A stretch of DNA of 64,000 nucleotides. Source: the human T2T-CHM13v2.0 reference genome, Homo sapiens. Below the pieces are notes generated by a model that worked only from the letters and a program-made list of their open reading frames with translations, searched no databases and had not been told where the DNA came from. Where the stretch lies: the NCBI RefSeq assembly GCF_009914755.1, contig NC_060940.1; one strand, 5' to 3'. Made by a program: the position numbers and the translations under genes. Below are positions 38,101-61,540 of the stretch, piece after piece (the stretch's first letter is position 1; each line of letters begins with the position of its first letter).

Positions 38101-39038
38101 GATGAAGTGAAATGATGAAATGAAATGAAATGATGAAAAGATGAAATGATGAAACGAAATGATATAAAATGATGAAATGAAATGATGAGATGAAGTGAAA
38201 TGATGAAATGATGAAATAATGAAATGAAATGATGAAATGATGAATCGATGAAATGAAATGATGAAATGATGAGATGAAAAGATAAAATGAAATAAAATGA
38301 TTAAATGAAATGATGAGATGAAAAGATGAAATGATGAGATGAAATCATGAGATGAAATGAAATCATGAGATAAAATGATGAAATGATGAGATGAAGTGAA
38401 ATGATGAAATGAAATGATGAGATGAAATGATGAAATGAAAGAATGAAATGAAAGGATGAAATGAGATGAAATGAAAGGATGAAATGAAATGAAATGATGA
38501 AATGAAATGAAATGAAATGATGAAGTGGAATGATGAAGTGGAATGATGAAGTGGAATGATGAAATTATGAAATGAAAAAAGATGAAATGATGAAATGAAA
38601 TGATGAAATTATATGAAATGATGAAATGAAGTGAAATGATGAAATTAAATGATGAAACGAAATGATGAAATAAATGAACTGAAATGATGAATTGATGAAA
38701 TGAAATGATGAAATGATGAGATGAAAAGATGAAATGATGAAATGACAAGATGAAAAGATGAAATGATGAGATGAAATGATGAGATGAAATGAAATCATGA
38801 GATGAAATGAAATGAAGTGAAATGATGAGATGAAATGAAATCATGAGATGAAATGATGAAATGATGAAATGAAAGAATGAAATGAAATGATGAAATGAGA
38901 TGAAATGAAATGAAATAATGAGATGAAATGATGAAATGAAATGATGAAATGATGAAATTAAAGGATGAAATGAAATGACATGATGAAATGAAATGATGAA
39001 ATGATGATGAAATGAAATGAAATGATGAAATAGATGAA
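35150..39038. repeat. (GAAAT)n/(GATGAAAT)n satellite-like array, ~3.9 kb, with ~1.5-kb higher-order repeat
   Basis: Continuous mix of GAAAT, GAT, GAGAT and GAAGT units with almost no C on the + strand; rare variants recur at ~1.5-kb spacing. Confidence 0.97.
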
Positions 39039-39131
39039 CCAAAAATACTTATTGATTTTTTTCTTGGCATCCTTCTAAGAGTATTTTAGTGAGTTTAATT
39101 TCTAAAAATAAATTGCTATTCAATGGCTATA

Positions 39132-39504
39132 CAGATGGCCTTTGCACCACAAGGGTTTGAACTGTGCAGGTCCACTTAGCAAAACCAAGAATTCTACATC
39201 CTTCTCCACACCCTGCCCATGAAAAGGATGAGGATGAAGACCTGTTTGATCATCTACTTCCATTTAATAACGAGTAAGTATATTTTCCTTATGATTTTCT
39301 TTTTCTTTTCTCTGGCATGTTTGTTAAGAATACAGTATATAAGACATATAACATATTAAATATGTGTTAATTGGCTGCTTGTGTTATTTGCAAGGCTTAG
39401 TATAGGCTATTAGTAGTTATTTTGGGGGGAGTCAAAGTTATAGTGGATTTTCTACTGTGCAGGGGGCCAGCACCCCAACCTCCGTGTTGCTTAAGGGTCA
39501 GCTG
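39132..39504. mobile_element. Tigger2a (MER28) DNA transposon
   Basis: TIRs 'cagatggcctttgcaccacaagggtttgaactg' and 'gtgttgcttaagggtcagctg', with TA on both sides. Confidence 0.85.
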
Positions 39505-40759
39505 TACATGTTATTTCCTTTCCTGTAAGAGAAAAATGATGAGAAGGTATTTTCTCCAATAAGTGTACTCAAAATGTAGCAGACTTGAAATGTGTTGGCG
39601 CCACCATTTTGCATCTCACTTTGAAAACTTATTATTAAAAATCGTACTAAACCCTACCTTACTTTTCCAACCTTAGAAAAAAATGTTACAAAGAAAAGGG
39701 GTGAAACCATACTAGTTTGCACTGAAATTTGAAATTATCTTTTAAAAATATATTTTTACTTTAATTACTTCCAAAATAGAGATCAGTTGCATATAAATGG
39801 CAGGTCACCTTCATCCACCCTATGACTGCACTTAGATTCATGAGGAATTGTGCCATGTACAAAGGGCAGAGAAGAAGAATAGAGTGCTCTGCGTCTTGAA
39901 ATATAAACATGCACATAGCCACATGCTTTGATTCTGTTGTCACTGTGTACCTACTACTAGGAAGAGGGCATGTTTGTGTATTTTTATGCCAATTATTATC
40001 CAAGTTGTTAATGATTTAGGCTTTCAGAACCATATAAAAATTTTTTTCCTTTCAGATATAGGCTATCTTGCATTGTTCTTCTGATCATATGAGGGATAAA
40101 TTTGCCTAAATATTCTTCAGACCATAGTATTATGTCCACATAAATGCCAGTAGCAAGAGTAGAATCAACCACAACTGCCTTTGTAATTATTTAAAGCATG
40201 TGTGCCTATAAGTAATTGGCATTTTATATAATCAAGAATCTTTGATATAATAATCTCTCAAGCATTTGAAACATGGCTCACATATATTAATTTTATATGC
40301 AAATATATATATAATAGCATTGTATATGAAACAAAATTTTGGACTTTACAACAGTTTCTTAGAATCTTGACTTAAATGTCTACAGTAATATTTCACTTAA
40401 AAAAATTTAGCACACTGTCACCATGATAAAAAAATTACTATAAAATTATTTTAAATTTTTTTCCACCCTAACATTTAGAATATTCTCACAATTGTGGTTA
40501 AAACCTACTGTGATTGCTCTTAGAATTTAGATAAAAAATGTTCCAGAAAGTTTGAAGAGAAGCACTTTAGTCAATTTTTAGTTGTTCAAGCATGAAGAAA
40601 CGGCATTTCATTGACTTTTTAAAAACCATTCAGATTCTCTCTTTGAATTCAAGTGTTTCAAGGATATTTTATTTTAAAATACCAAAATAGGAATAGAATA
40701 TGAAGGGCTGGTTATGAGAAATATAATACACTTTTATGAGAGGATGAGATTACAATAAC

Positions 40760-41025
40760 AGATGGCAGCATCTGCTCATTGGAAGGCAAAGGGGAAACTG
40801 GCACTTCACATGGCTGGAGCATGAGGGGTGGGGGCAGATGCTACACACTTTAAAACATGATCTCATGATAACTTGCTATTGCCATGAAAACACCAAGGGG
40901 GATGGTGTTAAACCATGAGAAACTGTCCCCACGACCCAATCGCCTCCCACGAGGCCCCATCTTCAACATTGGGGATTACAATTGAACATGAGATCTGGGT
41001 AGAGACAGAGATCCAAACCATATGA
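40760..41025. mobile_element. Partial MSTA LTR
   Basis: 'gaaggcaaaggggaa..cacttcacatggc..ggattacaattgaacatgagat..cagatccaaaccatat'. Confidence 0.8.
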
Positions 41026-41029
41026 CTCT

Positions 41030-43015
<1,986 letters not shown>

Positions 43016-44394
43016 CTTCTTTTGCATTAGAAAGAAAGGAGTATTTCCTCATTTTTCTTCCCAGCCTACTGAAAGATGGGATGGGTAACAATCTGAGTTG
43101 TAAAAAAAAAGCTCCATTATATAGATAGGGCACCAAATGTTTGCTTTGCCTTTCCTCTCAGCCCTGGCCCATAGGAAGCCAGTTAGTAACAGTGTCTATC
43201 TGCAGTTCCTGATGTAGGGAGATTAAAATATTTCAGTCTTTCAAGTTTCATCGGAATTCATTTTCTAAATTTTAGCTGAGGTTGAAATTCTTCCACAAAG
43301 ATTAAAGACCCTAAAGAAATCAAGCCCCATGATTTTATTTTACACAATGTAACATTTTGATGAAATTTCCTATATAATAAATGTCATAGTATATGGGTAG
43401 GTGATTGGATGGTTTCAATTATCACTATTAACTGTTGTTCATCAAGTCCTACTAATATTTCCCTTATGTTTAATGCATTTAAAGAAAAATAACTTTGTTC
43501 TGAGCAGAAGACAGCTTTGCTTCACTACTTAAAATTAAGCTGCATCATTGTTACCTATATAGATTTTGTTCACTGTGTTCAGGCATAGTATCATATAAAA
43601 TTATATTTGAGCCATTATATAAAATAAGACATTATTGTTCATCTAATAGCAAATCTCAATTAGTCCAAGAAAATAACAGAAACATATTGTTGGATTATAT
43701 ATATCTTCTAGAAAATGCTTATACCACAATATTCTGAATGAGCTAAAATAATAGATACATAACTCTATACAATGCCCAGATAATCTTGTTTTGACTTCCT
43801 AATTTATTTGCTTTCATATTCCTTGAATTTATTGCTCTTTAAATATACCCTGGAATAACTACAGTACATTTCATTTTCATTTTTAAAGAGGAACTTATAC
43901 TTTTTGTGCTATAAAATCCAGTAACATCCAATTTCCAAGCTATGGCATTTATATGAGTAATTTTTGATATTTAATCAGATTTGACATTTAAGAGTTTCTT
44001 AATTTTATGAGCATGGAAGTGACAGAAATCATTTGTATTAATTCTGATATTAAGTTCTTACAGATATTCCTTCAATGTTATTAAATCTAAAAAGTGCTTA
44101 TTTAAAAATCTGAGACTATGTGCAAAAATAGCTAAAATCTCTTATACAGTTATTAATATTTTATTAGACAATGGTATGTTTGAAATAATACTGTAATACA
44201 TTATTTCACTGTATACATTAAAATTTAAGTGTATTTATTTGTCTTTTTTCTGCTATAGAACTTAACTGCAAGAAAAAATATTTGCTTTCTTTTTTAAGTT
44301 CTGGAAATGCTTTAATTGGACCTTTAATGTTAAATATCCATTTCAGTGAACAGCTTCCATAGTACTGGACATAATATACATTTTTAAAAACTTA

Positions 44395-44570
44395 CTTTTT
44401 AAAAATTTAACTTTTAAGTTCAGGGGTATATGATGTGCAGCTTTGTTATATAGGTAAATTGTGTCATGGGGGTTTGTTGTACAGATTATTTCATCACCCA
44501 GGTATTAAGCCTAGTGCCCATTAGTTATTTTTCCTGATCCTCTTCCTCCTCTCACCCTTCACCCTCTGAT
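44395..44570 (-). mobile_element. L1PA (old) 3'-end fragment
   Basis: 'ttttaagttcaggggta..tttgttgtacagattatttcatcacccaggtattaagcctagt'. Confidence 0.85.
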
Positions 44571-44668
44571 AAATTATTCCAGTTTTATAAAGGATAAAAC
44601 TTATCTGGTTTAAAAATTTTGTGTTCAAGAGTTGTTTAGGACTTGTGTGCCTAACACAAGTAGTTATT

Positions 44669-44771
44669 TGTAGCGGGATTTTTAAGGAATCAGAGAGAAC
44701 AGTGGGGTTCAGGAGGATATTTATTAATTATTTAGGTGCACTGGCCCAGTCAGATAAATATTCAAAGGACT
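44669..44771 (-). mobile_element. LTR22 (HERV-K HML-5) 3'-end fragment fused to an Alu 5' end
   Basis: 'tgtagcgggatttttaaggaatcagagaga..ggggttcaggaggatatttattaattatttaggtgcac' followed directly by 'gggattacag..gagccactgcgcctggcc'. Confidence 0.75.
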
Positions 44772-45063
44772 GGGATTACAGATTTGAGCCACTGCGCCTG
44801 GCCCCAAACTTTTTGATTATGTAAGTTTTATGCTCTGTACAGTTCCTCCTGTCTCCACTTAATTTTACCTACTTAGCCAAATGCCCAGTAGTCATTTTAT
44901 CCTTTGAAAGTTTCAGATAATTGCTCACCTTCTTCCAATTATTTTTTGTTCATTAATTTTTTTCACAGGGTCTTTAAGTATGTATGTGGCTCTGTACTTA
45001 ATACTTCAGCTCCTCAATCAACAAACTGTTCTCCAGTTCTTTTCCCTGTGACAAAATGCATGA

Positions 45064-45332
45064 GACTGAAAGGTGCCCAATTCTCCCATAGACCGGATGT
45101 ATACAGCTTCCTTGAATAAACAGAGAAATTGATTCTGCTAGTCTTAAAGAAAGTTACATTTGTTTCATTTGATTTCCTTGAAACTTACCAGCCCAGGGCC
45201 TGACAATGAGAAGCCAGCCCCTCAGCCCCTATGATTGCCTAAGGCAACACCTGCTGCCTGGTGACCAACTCCTCTTCCTCACCCCTTCCCAATTCCTGTT
45301 TTTCCACACATGGTTACATTTCTTCCTGGCTA
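45064..45332 (+). mobile_element. ERV1 LTR 5' part (LTR24/MER101-like)
   Basis: 'taaacagagaaattga..gtcttaaag..ttacatttgttt..gaccaactcctcttcct..cacacatggttacatttcttcc'. Confidence 0.5.
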
Positions 45333-45719
45333 GCCCTGCAGGACCCCCAGCCTATCCACTAACCTGGATGTTGAGAAAGGCTCTCTTGGCCCCCTTCCCT
45401 GCCCAGCTCTTTCTGTCCTCCTGCCTCTGCCCTGCCCCCACCCCTTCCACAGAGGCCCAGCTCCACAGGGCCTGGGCCTGTGAAAAATCGCGGGGGCGGG
45501 GGGTGGTGCGCTCTGCCAGGGGAACCTGGGGAGGTGGGGCGGTTCTCCAAGTCCCCTTGGTCGCACCCCCGGCCGTTCCCGACCTTGCATTCCCACGCAG
45601 TTTCCCTGCCTTCTCTGTGCAGCCAAAAGGGACAAATGCACAAACTGCAAGCTGGCACACCAGGTGAAAGGAGCGGCTGCGCCTGCAGAGGTTCTGGGAC
45701 CCAGGCTACTGGTGGCCTT

Positions 45720-46210
45720 TCCTGCACCAGGTTCCGATCTTACCCGCGTCCTGTACCCTACTCCTGCTGGCACCCCGCTCCTACCAATGCCCTGCCCTGC
45801 CCTGCCATCACCCTTCACCTACCCACTGCCCAGTCCTAACCGCACCCCACCCCGCCAGCACCCTGCTCCTACCCACACCTGGCCCTGCCAGCACCGCATC
45901 CTACCCGCGCCCCGCCCTGCAATCACCCTGCCCTTACCGCACCCCGTCCTACCCTCCCATGCCCCTCCAGCACCCCGATCCTACCCGCACGCTGCGCCTA
46001 CCCACGCTTCCCCCCGCCAGGACCCTGCCCTGCCCCGTCAGCATCCTGGCTCAACCTGCACCCCGCTTCTACCTGCGCCCTGCGCCACCAGCACCCTGCT
46101 CCTACCCGCACTCTGCCCCTTCCTGGACCTGGCCCAGCTGTCACCCTGCTCCTACCACACCCTGTTCCTACCTGCATCCAGCCCCGCAGCACCTAGCTCC
46201 TACCTGGACA
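45720..46210. repeat. Degenerate C-rich minisatellite (~32-bp unit CCAGCACCCTGCTCCTACCCGCACCCCGCCCTG)
   Basis: Recurrent 'agcaccc(t/c)gctcctacc' and 'ccctgcc' motifs; the minus strand is rich in CAGGG and GGG runs. Confidence 0.8.
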
Positions 46211-46220
46211 TTTCTCCTAC

Positions 46221-46350
46221 TGTGTCCAGAATTGGTGGGTTCTTGGTCTGGCCGACTTCAAGAATGAAACCACGGATGCTCATGGTGAGTGTTACAGTTC
46301 TTAAAGGTGGAGCAGACCCAAAGAGTGAGCAGCAGCAAAATTTATTAGAG
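46221..46350 (-). mobile_element. LTR12 (ERV9) 3'-end fragment, internally deleted
   Basis: 'tgtgtccagaattggtgggttcttggtct..gacttcaagaatgaa..ggtgagtgttacag..gacccaaagagtgagcagcagcaa'. Confidence 0.9.
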
Positions 46351-46699
46351 TAACATGTAATTTTTAAAAGTAGTTTTAGACAAATCAAGACAATTTCATT
46401 TATGGCACATAAAATTCCATAATCTTGTGCATAACACTTTACAATGAGAACTTTTGTTAACCAGGACACATTATTTTCTATGTTCATTCTTTTGACACGT
46501 AGATTTATGTTTCCCTCCTAGACTTTCTTGTAAAAATGCCTGTTTTTGATTCCTCAGAGTACAGATAAAAAGGAAGGCTTGATCAGGATATGGTGGATCT
46601 GAAGATTCAAAGAAGTGCCATGGCTCAAAAGTAGACATTTTGGTAAATGTGAAGAAGTGAGATTCAATGAAGATGATAAGAAATGAAAGGTGTTACCAA

Positions 46700-47290
46700 A
46701 AGTGGGTATGTGTAGCTATGCTTGTCACACAAAATAGGCTTTAAGTCAAAAAAGCACAAAAATAGAAAATAAAGATCATTATAAAATGATAAAGGGATCA
46801 ATTCAGTAAGAAGGTAGAACAGTTGTCAATGTAAACACACCTGACACAGGAGCCCCAGTTATTAAAGTAAGAGTTATTCGAGCAACAGAGTCAGACAATA
46901 ATAGCTGGGGACTTCAACACCCACTTTCAGCAACAGACACACCTTCCAGGCAGAAAAGCAACAAAGATCAGACTTACACTCCAGTATAAATCAAAGAAAC
47001 CTGATAGGTAATTACAGAATATTTCACCCACCAACTGCAGAACTTGCTCACAAAATCAGCTCACAAAATATTCTCCAGGATAGACCACATTTTAGGACAC
47101 AAAACAAACAAATCTCAAAAGAGCATTTAAAAAATGAAAATCATAGCAAGTATCTTCTCAGACCAAAATGGCATAAAATTAAAAGTCAATAACGAGAAAT
47201 GTTGGAAACTCTCCAAGTACATGGTATATAAATAATGGTAATGGTCAGTGAAGAAATCAAAAAGGAAAGTAACAAAAACATTTCTTGGAA
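46700..47290 (+). mobile_element. L1 ORF2 endonuclease-region fragment
   Basis: 'acaataatagctggggacttcaacaccccactttcagca' and 'attctccaggatagaccaca'. Confidence 0.85.
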
Positions 47291-47423
47291 AAAAAAAGGA
47301 AACAAAAGAGAAAAAAATACATATAGTAGGTGTTTTTGAAGTAAAAAATGCAGAACAATAAAAAAGTTAAAAGATACAATAAAATAAACTTTTTCTGAAC
47401 TAAAAATTGATTTGAATAGTTTC

Positions 47424-52254
<4,831 letters not shown>

Positions 52255-53271
52255 TAAGGAGGGGACATCTGAGAAAAGAAGAAGTTGGGTTCAAATATAT
52301 ATTTTTCTCAGAATTTTCCATAGCAATGTTTAATGCTAGAAGAAATGGAATAATTTGACACATGTATATGCACACTGTATATATAACTAAATACATATAA
52401 AATGGTCTGGAATTATAATGCGCAAGCCAATAGCATTAGTTACTTCTGAAAAATGTACTGGAATTGAAAAGAAGACATTGGTCTTTAAAATTTTAATTTT
52501 TAAAACAGAATATGAAATACATTAATAATTACCACCCCAACAATAATAACAATGCTGAAGAAACCTCTACCAAGTAATCAGGACAAGACCATGTGATCCA
52601 AACAGGTATGTTCAAGTTGTTTTTTAAGTAGAAGGAAGCAAACATCATTTTCAAATATACAAGGACAGACCCATCTCATGAAATAATTTTGATGAGCAAG
52701 AAATGCCTGGAGAAGCCATGACTTTTAAAAAATTGATAGTAAGCAACCAATCCATTATAACATTGTTAGACGATTGTAAAAATGGTTATAGAATTACATG
52801 GTTTACAGAATTACATGCTGTAATTCCTCAAGGAGGAATATGGTGGGTAAGTTCTTATATATGTAACATAGATAAATGTGAATGATGTGTTAGAATTTAA
52901 ATTATGCCAAAAGAAGTGTGTTTTTGATGGTGTTATCAGATTAGATTCTTACAGAAAGGTTGAAGGATCTTTCAGAAAGATTCCAACATGAAACAAAACA
53001 GAGAATAAGGTAATAGAAAGCCATTGTAGGTTCCTGGATGGTATGGCAGATTATATCCCTCTTAAGAAGCATTTCTTTTTCCCCTCCCCCACCTGCACGT
53101 ACTACCCCATTTCATTAATGTTGGACTTGACCATGTGACTTTCTTTGCTCAACGTAGCATTAGCAGAATTGGTTCTGCCATTACTGTGACAAGAATAACA
53201 GAAAGCTGACTACTGTTCCTCTTCTTTAGTTCCAAAAGTAAAAATAAAATGGGTGTTAAGAGACAGAATAC

Positions 53272-54013
<742 letters not shown>

Positions 54014-55047
54014 TTACAGTAAATACTAAATCTCGTTTATGACGGCCACCCCCCACCCCCAGTTAGGTGACCCATTTGGTATGGTTGGGAGATGTGACAC
54101 TCAAGGCTGGTACATCAAAACCACTTCTGTGGTTTTTGCTAAAACCACGTGGTTGCCGATTGAGAAATGTACATCACTGAGAAGAATGGATGGACCGCAT
54201 TTTCTCTGTGCAGCTATCAGTACACCTCTCTCTAAGCTGGCTTTTGAAAAATATGGAGTGGCTGTGAGTTTGAGGTGATAATACTACCCCCTCTCCAGCA
54301 GCTCCTGTGTTGTGGTGCACATATCAGATGGTCTTTCTAGCCAGTGAAGATAGAATCCAGATTGGAATATATGTTAAACAAAGGCTGAATCAGGACATGT
54401 GCCAAGCTGAAAGACTTTTCCAGTTCTGTACAGCTGAGCCTCAACAGTGTCTGTTACGACAAAATTGTTCTCCAAACATTAATTTGTGGTCTGCTCCCAT
54501 ACACTACAAATAATGGACTATGTGTCCATCTTTGACACTTACTGTGTTCCACCAAGAGGGACACCTCCCAAAGCCAGAAAATATTTATTTCACACTGAAG
54601 TCCAAGTGGCCTCACAAATATTTTCCGGATCCTAACAAAGAAAATAATCTGAGTTGAAGATCCTGTATTCAATTATTTTGGCAAATATTTCTTTCATGTT
54701 TCCTTTGTCTAAACGACTGAGCTAGGTGCTGAGATGATGTTATTCCCATCCTTAGAGCTTGTGCTCCAGAGAAGAATATAGATAAGGAGAGGGACGTCAC
54801 ATTACCGTCTGCACAAGGAGTGTGGGAAACCATGGAGTTAAAGGACTGCTATTTATGAGTAATCTGCAGAATGGAGGAAAGCTTCCCAGAAGAAGCCAGC
54901 CCGGGGGAGCTGTGGGCAAGCATTCCAAGCAAAAGCATTCACACTGATGTGGGCCAGACACTTCTTCTGTAAGGTCCTAAGAGCAGACTGAGCACACAGT
55001 TTGTATGTAACCAGGCAGTGGACAAGCCATGTGCAACTCAGAGGACC

Positions 55048-55048
<1 letters not shown>

Positions 55049-55080
<32 letters not shown>

Positions 55081-55355
55081 TAAAGGAGTTTCGCTCTTGT
55101 TGCCCAGGATGGAGTGCAAGGGATCTTGGCTCACCACAACCTCCGCCTCCTGGGTTCAAGTGATTCTTCTGCCTCAGCCTCCCAAGTAGCTGGGATTATA
55201 AGCACCCACCACCACGCCCAGCTAATTTTGTATTTTTTAGAAGAGATGGAGTTTCTCCAGTTGGCCAGGATGGTCTGTATATCCTGACCTCATGATCTGC
55301 CCGCCGTGGCCTCCCAAAATACTGAGATTACAGGCGTGAGCCACCACACCTGGCC
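55049..55355 (-). mobile_element. Alu (S-like)
   Basis: Poly-T followed by an antisense Alu dimer. Confidence 0.93.
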
Positions 55356-56447
55356 AAGATTGAAATCTTAATGAGAGAAAAGCAGTTTGGAAACTTACCT
55401 GTTTTTTATTCAAAGCCCATCCTCTCCTTCCTGTTCATGAATGGCAGGCATCCTGTGGTGACTAAAGAAGGTCCTACCAGCTAAGGGATTTCATCGGCCC
55501 AAGGAGCAGCTTCCACAGGAGCTCCAGCAGGTTCCTTGGAAAAGGTGACAGTGCTGGGCCATGGTGCCCTGTTCAGAAATACAAGACTCAGATTTAGTAA
55601 AGCCAGTAGTGTAATGTGAAATTTGTTTAAAAAATCCTTAACCAAAACATTTCATTTCATAAGACCGATGTATTCCATCAACAGTTTTTTACTGTATGTT
55701 CATACTTATGGCATTAAGAATCAGCGTGATTGGCCAGTGACGAGCATCTGGTTTGTCAGTTTTAGTGGCAAAGCTTTCCAGCATCTACAACTCTAGTCAC
55801 CAAAATCAAGAATGTCTTTCTTTTCTCTTTTTACCTAATTACAAAAAAGGGACGGATTTATGAAAAGCAATATGTTAATAAATAGCACAACTTATGTTCA
55901 TATCATTACCACTTCTAGCCACAAATTAAGAGTCAGGATTAAGGAAAACTTACCTAAATTTTCCCAGGCTATTTTAAAATTGTTTTTTTCCTACAAAAAT
56001 AAATGTTAAATTATTCTTTTGAGGTAGTCTGAATTAAGTTGTTGCTAATTGGAAAGGACTATTAGATCTTAAGGTGAACTGACAATTTTATAAAATAAAT
56101 AGACTTCCTTTCTACTATTAGAAAGTTCTAATAATGAGTTCTATTATTATAATAATACTTCTCAATTCTCTTTTAAAATATTATTAATGTCTTGGCATTT
56201 TCAGACTTAATCTGAAAATGTTTTAAATATCGAAATAGACATATCCAAAGTTTACAACAAGGGTGTGCAATCATGATGGACACACTTCCTCAAACATGAG
56301 GGATCAACCCAACTCATACCCATCACACCCTCAGCATGTGGGAATGTTAAACTATACAGGAACCATGGCTGGAAACAAAAATCTGTAGGTGTCCCTGACA
56401 TAAATTCCCATAGTACTTGCCTGCATCCTGGACACACCCTCCAATAT

Positions 56448-56661
56448 CCTTCAAATTATCTCTAGATTACTCACAATACCTAATACAATGGAAATGCTAC
56501 TTAAATGGTTGTTACACTTTATTGCATAAAGAATAATGACAAGAAAAAAAGCTTGTACGTGTTCACTACAGATGCAAACATCCTTTTTTTTCTGGAATAT
56601 TTTTGATCTGAGGTTGGTAGAAAGTGAGGATGCAGGACCCACAGATAAAGGGGACTGACTG
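56448..56661. mobile_element. MER2 (Tigger) fragment
   Basis: 'atctctagattactcacaatacctaatacaatg..gatgcaggacccacagataaaggggactgactgta'. Confidence 0.8.
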
Positions 56662-57464
56662 TATTTAACACACACACACATATTTTCTTTTGCCTGAGTA
56701 AAAAACAAAATTGTACTCGTAACACAGCTGAAGGATGTCAAGAAAACTGTTCTTCCCATTCAACCTCAAATTGATAGAGATGACCTTCAAAATCCACATA
56801 GAACCTTTTATTTCCTTAATGCTCATTACATTTTAATCATTAGAACTAATAGTCAAATAAGTTGCCCTTACTAATAAATCCAAATTAAAACAACACAGAA
56901 ATGACACTTTATTTCTTCAATAATTATTAGTGAACACCTACTTTGCATTACATACTGTTTAACCATCAGTGACATATTAATAAGCAAAAGATAAAAACTC
57001 CTGCCTCCTAAAACTTACAGTATAGCAGCACTTTATTTTACTGAATAAAACAAATCCTTGAAAATCTGTACGACTTGCTCCTATGACTTGCATGAAAGTT
57101 TCCAGAAGGTTCATGTTCAAGCAGTTTTGCTAAAGCAGAGGAAACTTCCACTTGTCTTTCTTACAAACTGTCGCAAAACACACCTAAAATTTCAACTCAG
57201 GAAATACAGTCAGCTTTTGATTAGTCTGCACTTAAGAATGTCTTCCCTTGATCCAGTAATGTGAATGCAAATAAAACATTGTAACTTATACAAAAATAAA
57301 AATTCTGAATAGATCATTTTTCCATGATTCAGTGTCTTGTTCATCTGTTTAATAAATAAGTCAGTTACTCTTCAACTTCTGTCATACTCTCAAAAGTCAT
57401 GAGCAATCCAGAAGATCCATCTCTCGTATTTATTTTTATTTTCTTAAAAATTCACTACACTGAG

Positions 57465-61540
<4,076 letters not shown>

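Noticed and set aside
35150-39038. Classification as HSat2/HSat3 or a CRISPR-like array
   Set aside because: Units are GAAAT/GAT rather than GGAAT/CATTC, there is no repeat-spacer structure, and the context is eukaryotic
35148-39070. Long minus-strand ORFs (up to 439 aa) rich in F/H/I/S
   Set aside because: Artefact of the (ATTTC/ATC)n satellite, which rarely produces stop codons
45664-46353. 229-aa proline-rich ORF
   Set aside because: Reads through the C-rich minisatellite into LTR12; non-ATG start; low complexity
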